From an uncultured archaeon (GTDB lineage: Archaea; Nanohalarchaeota; Nanosalinia; Nanosalinales; Nanosalinaceae), in contig CAYQYU010000001.1 in assembly GCA_964421955.1 (NCBI GenBank), forward strand, positions 64,001 through 128,000: DNA of 64,000 bases, in the 5' to 3' direction. Position numbers and translations under genes: made by a program. Positions 56,526-64,000 of the stretch are shown piece after piece. Below the pieces are notes generated by a model. The model was not told the DNA's origin and searched no databases. It worked only from the letters and a program-made list of their open reading frames with translations. Each line of letters starts with the position of its first letter. The first letter of the stretch is position 1.

Positions 56526-57794
56526 ATGGCTGACAAACCACACATTAACCTAGTATTCATCGGTCACGTCGACCACGGAAAGTCCACCACTATCGGACGG
56601 CTACTGTGGGAGACCGAAAACCTACCACAAGAGGAAATGAGGAAGCTAGAGGAAGCAGCGGAAGAAGCAGGTAAAGAGACCTTCTCATTCGCGTTCGCAA
56701 TGGACAACCTGGAAGAAGAACGTGAAAGAGGAGTCACAATCGACCTTGCACACCAGGATTTCACAACTGACAACTACTACTTCACGATCATCGACGCACC
56801 TGGACACCGCGACTTCATTAAAAACATGATTACAGGTGCTTCACAGGCTGACGCCGCAGTTCTAGTTGTCGCGGCAGACGACGGAATTCAGCCACAGACC
56901 AAGGAGCACGCCTACCTCGCAAAGACTCTGGGCATCGACCAGCTCATCGTGGCGGTCAACAAGATGGACCTGGAGGACTACGACGAGGGAGCTTACAACG
57001 ACCTGAAAGACGAAGTATCCGAGATGCTCCAGGGCGTAGGATTTGACACATCCAAGATTCCATTCGTACCTGTCTCTTCATTCGAGGGAGAAGGCGTAGT
57101 GGAAGAAAGCGACGAGACAGGATGGTACGACGGACCAACTCTGTACGACGCACTCGACGACCTTGAGGAGCCAGAGAAGGCAGTTGATCTGCCACTCAGG
57201 ATTCCTGTACAGGACGTCTACAAGATTTCCGGTATCGGAGCAGTCTCTGTCGGACGTGTCGAAACCGGAGAGATTTCCCAGGGAGACGACGTAACCTTCA
57301 AGCCCGCGGATGTCGGTGGCGAAGTCAAGACCATCGAGATGCACCACGAGGAAGTTGACTCCGCGGAACCAGGGGATAACATCGGATGGAACACAAGAGG
57401 AGTAGGATCTGACGACATCAAGAAAGGAGACGTCGCAGGACCAGCAGACAACCCTCCAACAGTTGTCGACTCCTTCGAGGCGCAGGTCATCGTCCTCAAC
57501 CACCCGAACGTCATCTCGGAAGGTTACACACCGGTATTCCACGTCAACACGGCTCAGGTCTCATGCACATTCACAGACCTGAAGAAGACCATGAACCCGA
57601 AGACAGGTGAAACGATCGAGGAAGAACCTGACTACATTAAACAGGGGCAAGCAGCGATCGTAGAGATTACACCGCAGCAGCCGCTCGTCATCGAGGAGAA
57701 CGACGACATTCCACAGATGGCACGGTTCGCAATCAGGGACATGGGACAGACTGTCGGCGCAGGAATGGCCCTCAGCGTCGAAGAGAAGGAATAA
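56526..57794 (+). CDS. tuf: Elongation factor aEF-1alpha
   Basis: [31 protein letters not shown]. Confidence 0.98.
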   Translation: MADKPHINLVFIGHVDHGKSTTIGRLLWETENLPQEEMRKLEEAAEEAGKETFSFAFAMDNLEEERERGVTIDLAHQDFTTDNYYFTIIDAPGHRDFIKNMITGASQADAAVLVVAADDGIQPQTKEHAYLAKTLGIDQLIVAVNKMDLEDYDEGAYNDLKDEVSEMLQGVGFDTSKIPFVPVSSFEGEGVVEESDETGWYDGPTLYDALDDLEEPEKAVDLPLRIPVQDVYKISGIGAVSVGRVETGEISQGDDVTFKPADVGGEVKTIEMHHEEVDSAEPGDNIGWNTRGVGSDDIKKGDVAGPADNPPTVVDSFEAQVIVLNHPNVISEGYTPVFHVNTAQVSCTFTDLKKTMNPKTGETIEEEPDYIKQGQAAIVEITPQQPLVIEENDDIPQMARFAIRDMGQTVGAGMALSVEEKE

Positions 57795-57796
57795 AC

Positions 57797-57840
57797 CTCT
57801 TCTCATCCTTATTTCTTACTTTCTCTTTTCCCTCTATCCT
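57797..57840 (+). terminator. Pyrimidine/T-rich tract after tuf, probable terminator
   Basis: Near-pure C/T run immediately after the stop codon. Confidence 0.5.
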
Positions 57841-57876
57841 AAACCATTTATAAGAGTTAATTTTCATCGTTAGGCT

Positions 57877-58185
57877 ATGCAGAAGGCGCGTGTAAAACTC
57901 CGGAGCACTGACCAGGAGAAGATCGCTGAACTGGCGGATGAAATTGTGGATATCGGGAAGGAGTACAACGCCAAGGTTTCAGGTCCGGTACCTCTCCCTA
58001 CACAGACGCTCAAGATTCCGACCCGGAAAGCTCCTGATGGGGAAGGCTCAGAAACGATCGAGCGGTACGAAATGCATGTTCACAACCGGCTCATCGACAT
58101 CAAGGAAAGCGAGCGAGCGCTTCGACAGGTTATGCGTGTCCACGTCCCAGAGGGCGTCGACATCGAAATCGAGCTTACAGAATAA
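57877..58185 (+). CDS. rps10: 30S ribosomal protein uS10
   Basis: GPVPLPT, RKAPDGEG, H.RLIDI; TTTATAA box ~25 nt upstream suggests a leaderless mRNA. Confidence 0.97.
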   Translation: MQKARVKLRSTDQEKIAELADEIVDIGKEYNAKVSGPVPLPTQTLKIPTRKAPDGEGSETIERYEMHVHNRLIDIKESERALRQVMRVHVPEGVDIEIELTE

Positions 58186-58236
58186 TTTTCTCTGCTGAAC
58201 CCAATTTTTCTAACAAGTCATAGATGATAGTTGAAT

Positions 58237-58259
58237 CGCCGGGACTGGGATTTGAACCC
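58237..58259 (-). repeat. Direct repeat of tRNA-Ser 3' end
   Basis: 23 nt identical to 58311..58333. Confidence 0.92.
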
Positions 58260-58310
58260 GAAGCTCGCAGAACTGGAGCTTCTACTCTCAAATCCCGACT
58301 AGGCGTGAAA

Positions 58311-58399
58311 CGCCGGGACTGGGATTTGAACCCAGGAGGGCCGTCACGGCCCACCGGTTCTCAAGACCGGCACTTTTAGCCAGACTCAGTCATCCCGGC
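58311..58399 (-). tRNA. tRNA-Ser(TGA)
   Basis: GCCGGGA/TCCCGGC acceptor, CCGGT-CT-TGA-GA-ACCGG, long variable arm, G discriminator. Confidence 0.94.
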
Positions 58400-58553
58400 A
58401 GATTGTAAATCTGCTGTGGATACAGAAACTCTTCAGAGTTTCGCATCCCGGCAGTAATAGAGCGCTCGGACTATAGAATTTAGCCTGTGGAAAGTTTAAA
58501 TTAGGGAAGGTATAGCCAAGAAATTTAGACTTCTAGAACAAAAAAAAATTAAC

Positions 58554-58790
58554 ATGGCAGGACCACATCCATCGAAGATTGAACTCGAGAACGCGAAGGT
58601 CTACATCCACAAGAAGGACGAGGACTCTGGCTCCCAGAACATCCACATCGACGTAGAGCATCCTGAACTCAACGAAGTAATAGAGCCTGGAGAGAATACC
58701 TTTGTCGGCGGGAAGAAAGATGGAGTCTTCATCGGCCTCAAGAACGAGATGATCGACAGAGCGAAAAACTGGATTGAGAAACACGAATGA
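58554..58790 (+). CDS. Small hypothetical protein
   Basis: 78-aa ORF with genome-typical codon usage. Confidence 0.7.
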   Translation: MAGPHPSKIELENAKVYIHKKDEDSGSQNIHIDVEHPELNEVIEPGENTFVGGKKDGVFIGLKNEMIDRAKNWIEKHE

Positions 58791-58884
58791 AACTGGTTTT
58801 TCGTGAGTTACAGAAACTTCAAGCTTCAAATGGAGCCGAGAACGCCGGGAAAACGAATAAAACACGCGGGGAGAATCCCGAGAC

Positions 58885-59472
58885 ATGGGCAGCTATATCG
58901 AGGAGCTCCAGGAAGACCGGGAAAAGAAGTCGGAGATCGTCGTGACTGTCGACGGACCTTCGGCCGCCGGAAAAGGAACACTCGCAGAGTTTATAGCAGA
59001 GGAGCTCGGAGTCAAACAGTTCTCCGCCAGCGACGTGTTTTACTCTATCGCAGAGGAACGAGGTCTGAAAGATGTGGAGTTCTCAAGCGAGGCTGAGAAA
59101 GAAGTCGATCTAGAGGTTGACCGGAAGACTCTGGAACGCGGTCTCAAGAAATCTTGCGTGATCGATGCCCGGATAGCATCCTGGGTGCTTGGAGATTACG
59201 CGGACTTCACGATTCACCTGACCGCAGATCTCGAAGAACGCACAAGGAGGCTCGCGGAGAGGGAGGGACACGATATCGAAGAGGCCCGGAAAATTTTGGA
59301 GGAGCGTGACCAGGAGGACTCCCGACGGTACCAGAACTACTATGGAATCGATACTGACGACCTTGAGATATACGATCTGATTGTGGACAACACTGATTTG
59401 AACATCGAGAAGCAAAACCGTCTCGTGAAGAAGGTCCTGAAACAGGCCTTCCCAGAAAGATTCGAGGATTGA
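58885..59472 (+). CDS. cmk: Cytidylate kinase (archaeal type)
   Basis: GPSAAGKGT P-loop, DARIASW, RYQNYYGID...YDLIVD. Confidence 0.9.
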   Translation: MGSYIEELQEDREKKSEIVVTVDGPSAAGKGTLAEFIAEELGVKQFSASDVFYSIAEERGLKDVEFSSEAEKEVDLEVDRKTLERGLKKSCVIDARIASWVLGDYADFTIHLTADLEERTRRLAEREGHDIEEARKILEERDQEDSRRYQNYYGIDTDDLEIYDLIVDNTDLNIEKQNRLVKKVLKQAFPERFED

Positions 59473-59473
59473 A

Positions 59474-59887
59474 ATGCCGTACGAGATACTTGACCACACC
59501 GCCGACGCAAAGTTCCAGGCCACAGGTCACGATCTGGAAGAAGCATTCTCAGAATCAGTCGAGGCATTCTCAGAAGTTGTTGGCGACGGCGAGGTAGGCA
59601 GCGTCAAGCATGAAATCGAGGTCGAATCCGAGAACCTGGAGGCACTGCTGTTCGACTTCATGGACGAGCTCATCTACCTCCAGGACGTCAATAATGTTAT
59701 AGTCGGGAGGGCAGAGAACCTGAAAATTGAGGAACTCAAACCAGGTTACCGGATTACCGCGGACATCTACGTTGACAATATAAGCCCGGGCTGCTCGTAC
59801 CTCGATATCAAGGGGCCGACCTACAACGAGATGAAGATCGAGCACGGCGATCACGAGTGGGTGCTTGAAGTGGTGCTCGACATATAG
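59474..59887 (+). CDS. Archease
   Basis: YEILDHTAD, IKGPTY, C-terminal LDI; adjacent to rtcB. Confidence 0.93.
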   Translation: MPYEILDHTADAKFQATGHDLEEAFSESVEAFSEVVGDGEVGSVKHEIEVESENLEALLFDFMDELIYLQDVNNVIVGRAENLKIEELKPGYRITADIYVDNISPGCSYLDIKGPTYNEMKIEHGDHEWVLEVVLDI

Positions 59888-59978
59888 CGTATTACAAAAA
59901 TATCATTTAAAGCCCTATTAATAGATTTTGTATTACAAAATCCAAGTCTTTACAAGTTTTCGGCTCCAGATATAGAAC

Positions 59979-61397
59979 ATGGAACTGAAACAGGTCGACG
60001 ACAACATCTACGAAATTCCGCAGGAAGGACAGATGAAAGTGCCTGCCAGAATATACGCATCCGAGAGGCTTCTGGAAGAGATACAGCAGGATAGGACGCT
60101 TGAGCAGGTCAAGAATGTCGCGACGCTTCCAGGCATACAGAAATACTCGATAGTGCTGCCTGACGGCCACCAGGGATACGGATTCCCTATTGGCGGGGTC
60201 GCGGCAGTGGACACGGAAACGGGCGTCATAAGCCCTGGAGGTATCGGATACGACATCAACTGCGGTGTCCGCGTCCTGAAGACCAGCCTGAAGCTTGAAG
60301 ATATAAAAGGAAGAGAGCAGCAGCTCGCCAACATCATGTTCAGCAAGGTTCCAACCGGACTCGGGAAAGGAGGATACATCGATATTGACAGGAACGATCT
60401 CCGGGAGATACTTGAGAAAGGAATGGAATGGATGCTGGAAAACGGTCACGCCCGGGAAAGCGATCTCGAGCACTGCGAGGAGAAAGGCCGCCTTGAAGGC
60501 GACGCAGGAAAGGTCCCGGACGAGGCGATTGACCGAGGACTCAACCAGCTGGGCTCACTCGGATCGGGAAACCACTTCCTCGAGGTCCAGACAGTATCAG
60601 ATATCTACAGCCAGAACAAGGCGGAGGCTTATGGCCTGGAGGAAGACCAGGTGGTCGTTATGATTCATTCCGGCTCCAGAGGTCTCGGGCACCAGACCTG
60701 CACCCATTACCTCAGGAAGTTCGAGAAAAACTACCCGGAAATAGTTGAAGAAATACCTGACAAGGAGCTGATCTACGCCCCTCTAGAAGACGAACTGGCA
60801 CAGGATTACTGGAATGCCATGAATGCGGCCGCAAACTTCGCCTGGGCTAACAGGCAGGCGATGACCCAGGCGGTCCGGGAGGCCCTGGACACTTTATTTG
60901 GCGATGTCAAGGTTGACCTGGTCTATGATGTCTGCCATAACATCGCGAAAAAGGAGATGCATGAAGTCAACGGAGAGCAGAAAGAGCTTCTGGTACACAG
61001 GAAAGGAGCAACGAGAGCTATGCCTGCAGGGAGACCAGAAGTGCCTGAAGCCTACCAAGACGTGGGACAGCCAGTACTAATTCCAGGCACCATGGGAACC
61101 TCATCCTACATTCTCTCGGGTGGTGAAAACTCCCTGGAAATCTCGTTCGGCTCTACTGCTCACGGCGCAGGAAGACTCAAGTCGAGAACACAGGCCAAGA
61201 AAGAGTACCGCGGCGAAAGGTTACAGAAAGATCTACAGCAGGAAGGAGTGTGCGTCAAGGCAGCCTCAGGCGAGACAGTCGCTGAGGAGGCTCCCGGCGC
61301 CTACAAGGATGTCGACGAGGTCATCCGCGTCTCCGACGAACTCGGGATCGGAAAAAAGGTGGCGAGAATGACTCCGATCGCAAACATTAAGGGCTAG
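59979..61397 (+). CDS. rtcB: RNA-splicing ligase RtcB
   Basis: PDGHQGYGFPIG, DINCG, GNHFLE, HSGSRG, HNIA, HGAGR. Confidence 0.97.
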   Translation: MELKQVDDNIYEIPQEGQMKVPARIYASERLLEEIQQDRTLEQVKNVATLPGIQKYSIVLPDGHQGYGFPIGGVAAVDTETGVISPGGIGYDINCGVRVLKTSLKLEDIKGREQQLANIMFSKVPTGLGKGGYIDIDRNDLREILEKGMEWMLENGHARESDLEHCEEKGRLEGDAGKVPDEAIDRGLNQLGSLGSGNHFLEVQTVSDIYSQNKAEAYGLEEDQVVVMIHSGSRGLGHQTCTHYLRKFEKNYPEIVEEIPDKELIYAPLEDELAQDYWNAMNAAANFAWANRQAMTQAVREALDTLFGDVKVDLVYDVCHNIAKKEMHEVNGEQKELLVHRKGATRAMPAGRPEVPEAYQDVGQPVLIPGTMGTSSYILSGGENSLEISFGSTAHGAGRLKSRTQAKKEYRGERLQKDLQQEGVCVKAASGETVAEEAPGAYKDVDEVIRVSDELGIGKKVARMTPIANIKG

Positions 61398-61428
61398 ATC
61401 TATAACTTTCTAGCTACAATACACGCCC

Positions 61429-62040
61429 ATGGACAACAACCAACTTAGATACGTGGTCCGGCAGCTTGGCCAGATGCAAGAAGATTCAGCACTGGAGTTT
61501 AGCTACGGCAGTATAAAGAGAGAAACTACAAAAAACGAAGAACTTGCAGAATACGATCCAGATGAAATAGCAGCAACTATAGTCCCTTCCGATGAAGAAG
61601 AGTACCTTTCAATAGGAGGACCTAGCCTCCAGGCTAACTTCTATATTACGACAACTCCAAATCCCGTGTTTGAATACAAACTAATCGCGAATGGAAGGAA
61701 AGCTGTAGAAGAGACTGTAGAAGACATAGAATGGAATGCTAAATGCCTTATGGAAGATAGAGAGCTAGGAGAATCTACCATCGCCTGGGATTATGATTTC
61801 GACACAACTGTAGATCAAAGAGAGCACTTTAAACCCGGGGATAACTCTCAACCTGTCAAGTTCAGAACTGATCCTGTATACCACTTAGATCACCTAACTG
61901 AGATAGCAGACAGAGCATACCGCGCCAGGGAGAGAGTAAGAGAGGAGTTAGACCCCCTAACCCGAGACATCAGCCATATTCTGGATGAACACAGTCAGAA
62001 CGTTCCCGGCAGATTCCAAGAACCAGAATCCTGGTGTTAA
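61429..62040 (+). CDS. Hypothetical acidic protein
   Basis: 203-aa ORF, visibly more A/T-ending codons than neighbours. Confidence 0.65.
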   Translation: MDNNQLRYVVRQLGQMQEDSALEFSYGSIKRETTKNEELAEYDPDEIAATIVPSDEEEYLSIGGPSLQANFYITTTPNPVFEYKLIANGRKAVEETVEDIEWNAKCLMEDRELGESTIAWDYDFDTTVDQREHFKPGDNSQPVKFRTDPVYHLDHLTEIADRAYRARERVREELDPLTRDISHILDEHSQNVPGRFQEPESWC

Positions 62041-62083
62041 CTAGCACTTCCCTGACAAAACCTGGACTTACCCCATCGCTCTA

Positions 62084-62251
62084 TTTATAAAACTTGGTTG
62101 TGACTGTTGAATTACTCTCAGGCACACTGGAACCACTGGTTCCGGGTTCGCAGAAGCTCCGTCAAGGAGTTTCGAGCGGTTCTTGGGAGACAAGCCTTCG
62201 CTTGTGGTGAAGGCCTCTGGAGCGAGTCAACCGAACAAGAGGTGACTATCT
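62084..62251 (+). promoter_or_regulatory. TATA box and structured 5' leader of the rpl3 operon
   Basis: TTTATAAA 62084-62091; several hairpins; GAGGTGA SD 62239-62245. Confidence 0.6.
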
Positions 62252-63223
62252 ATTTCCGACGTAAACAGACCACGCAGTGGATCGCTAGGGTTCAAGCCCA
62301 AGGTACGCGCACAGAGGATCTATCCAGAGATAGATAACTGGAAGGACGAGGAAGAGATGAAGCCGCTGGGATACGCCGGCTACAAGGTCGGCATGACACG
62401 AATCCTGATGATCGACGATACCGAAGGAGCGACAAGCGGTCAGGAAGTTGCGACACCAGTAACAGTACTTGAAGCACCACCTCTCCGGATATACGGCGCC
62501 CGTTTTTACACCGAAGACCCTAATTCCGGTAAGCAAGTCTTCACTGAAGCGTGGACTGAATCGCCTTCTCCAGAGCTACAAAGAGCGACCGACATCCCGA
62601 AGGAAGGCAACATGGACAACTTTGACGCGGCAAAGGAGATTTCCGACGATCTGATTGACGTGAGGCTCCTGGTCCATACCCAGCCATCACAGGCCGGCAT
62701 TAGCAGGAAGAAGCCGGAGAACTTCGAGATCGGTCTCGGAGGAACAGTTGACGAAAAAATTGAATACGCGGAAGAGATGATTGGAAAGGAGATAGAGTTC
62801 TCCGACGTTTTCGAGCCAGGAGAGTACTCCGATGTTGTCGCAGTGACCAAAGGACGTGGTACTGAGGGTCCGATCAAGAGATACGGCATCAAGAGGTTGA
62901 CCCACAAGACCCAGAAGAAACGACGCAAGGCAGGAAACGTTGGCCCATGGCATCCTGACAAGCTATCGTGGAAAGTTCCACTTCCAGGGCAGCAGGGCTA
63001 CAATAACCGGACGGAGCTGAACAAGAGAATCATCGGATACGGAGAGGAGCCTGAAGAAGTACAGCGCGACGGAGGATTCAAGGGCTACGGCGAGGTCAGG
63101 TCGAACTACATACTCATTAAGGGATCAGTTCCCGGCTCTGAGGAGAGACTTGTAAGGCTGAGAACCGCGCTGAGAAAAGACGAAAAACCAGGAGAACCAG
63201 AGATAACACACGTTGACAGGTGA
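62252..63223 (+). CDS. rpl3: 50S ribosomal protein uL3 (probable ATT start at 62252)
   Basis: GYKVGMT, VTKGRG, GPWHP, GQQGY..RTE.NK; in-frame upstream RPRSGSLGFKPKVRA is the conserved uL3 N-terminus. Confidence 0.97.
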   Translation: MSDVNRPRSGSLGFKPKVRAQRIYPEIDNWKDEEEMKPLGYAGYKVGMTRILMIDDTEGATSGQEVATPVTVLEAPPLRIYGARFYTEDPNSGKQVFTEAWTESPSPELQRATDIPKEGNMDNFDAAKEISDDLIDVRLLVHTQPSQAGISRKKPENFEIGLGGTVDEKIEYAEEMIGKEIEFSDVFEPGEYSDVVAVTKGRGTEGPIKRYGIKRLTHKTQKKRRKAGNVGPWHPDKLSWKVPLPGQQGYNNRTELNKRIIGYGEEPEEVQRDGGFKGYGEVRSNYILIKGSVPGSEERLVRLRTALRKDEKPGEPEITHVDR

Positions 63224-63232
63224 GAACTAAAA

Positions 63233-63991
63233 ATGACCGATCTACCAGACCAGTTCAATGAACGAGTGAGGCCGGACATTATCAAGCGCGCGGTTCTTTC
63301 AATCCAGTCGAAGAACCGCCAGAGCTACGGAAGCGATAGAGAAGCTGGTCTGAAACACATGACCTACTGGAAGAAGAGAAATAACGCATTTAGAAGCCAG
63401 AAAGGAAGAGGACAGTCACGGACGCCCCGGAAGATTGTTAGAAGACAGGGCAGCCAGCTCGTAGGAATAGGTGCAGAGGCTCCGAACACCCGAGGCGGTA
63501 GAAGGGCACATCCTCCAAAGGTAGAAAAGGATTTCGACGAGGAGATCAACGACAAGGAGCGCAGGAAAGCAATCCGTTCCGGAATCGCGGCCTCCAACGA
63601 TATCGATCTAGTCAGCGAAAAGCACAGTTACGAGGGCGATCTTCCGCTTGTAGAAGATATCGAGGACATCGAAAAGACCTCGGAGCTTGAGAAGACGCTA
63701 GAAGACCTCGGACTCGAGGAAGAGCTTGAAAGAGTCAGGGAAAAGAATGTTAGAGCCGGCAGAGGAACATCCCGCGGAAGAAAATACCGCAGAAAGGTGG
63801 GGCCTCTGCTCGTAGTTGCTAAAGACGGCGGTATCTTCGACGCCGCATCAAATCTTCCGGGAGTCGATATCTCCCGGGTCGAAAACCTTAACGCAGAGCT
63901 TCTCGCACCCGGCACAAAGCCAGGAAGACTGGTAGTCTGGAGCGAGGAAGCACTGGAAAAACTTGGAGACGAGCAGCTTTTCGTGGATTGA
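63233..63991 (+). CDS. rpl4: 50S ribosomal protein uL4
   Basis: VRPDIIKRAV, GRGQSRTPR, GGRRAHPP, LAPGTKPGRL. Confidence 0.97.
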   Translation: MTDLPDQFNERVRPDIIKRAVLSIQSKNRQSYGSDREAGLKHMTYWKKRNNAFRSQKGRGQSRTPRKIVRRQGSQLVGIGAEAPNTRGGRRAHPPKVEKDFDEEINDKERRKAIRSGIAASNDIDLVSEKHSYEGDLPLVEDIEDIEKTSELEKTLEDLGLEEELERVREKNVRAGRGTSRGRKYRRKVGPLLVVAKDGGIFDAASNLPGVDISRVENLNAELLAPGTKPGRLVVWSEEALEKLGDEQLFVD

Positions 63992-64000
63992 TAAGACATG

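Noticed and set aside
38342-58310. Integrated virus or island bounded by tRNA att repeats
   Set aside because: Repeats lie only ~60-100 bp from their tRNAs; no integrase or viral genes in the window
62107-62337. 76-aa ORF upstream of rpl3
   Set aside because: Basic and atypical; overlaps the true uL3 N-terminal codons in another frame and the structured leader
1-64000. CRISPR array, rRNA, transposase, intein
   Set aside because: No regularly spaced repeats or rRNA motifs seen; RtcB and RNAP subunits have intein-free lengths
63998-64000. ATG at window end, probably rpl23
   Set aside because: Only three bases visible; cannot be supported

Overview
Compact archaeal chromosome segment. The very acidic proteins, split rpoB and rpoA, dense gene packing, TATA boxes ~25 nt ahead of many start codons and giant LamG surface proteins point to a nanohaloarchaeon (DPANN); this assignment is an inference. 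Bases 1-12.8 kb hold a small HTH gene followed by two giant secreted LamG/Ig-like/DUF2341 proteins: one of 1694 aa and one of >2489 aa that runs off the left edge and is absent from the ORF track. A glycosyltransferase cluster follows, then housekeeping genes (truD, pth2, HerA-like ATPase, ndk, pheST, trpS, pgk, glyS, endA, rnhB, nucS, radC), the RNA polymerase/str cluster, cmk-archease-rtcB and the start of the rpl3-rpl4 operon. There are four tRNA genes, two with introns. Highlights read directly from the sequence: (1) two essential genes, pheT and rpl3, appear to start at ATT exactly 6 nt after a GAGGTGA Shine-Dalgarno; (2) a ~175-nt structured, possibly pseudoknotted non-coding RNA with its own TATA box at 28.2-28.35 kb; (3) three tRNA genes share a downstream cassette of a GAA...TTC hairpin plus a duplicated T-arm/acceptor, and the same hairpin family occurs in a tRNA intron, the rpoB spacer and the rpl3 leader; (4) relaxed-BHB tRNA introns alongside an atypical EndA. 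All family calls are by motif recognition; no searches were run.
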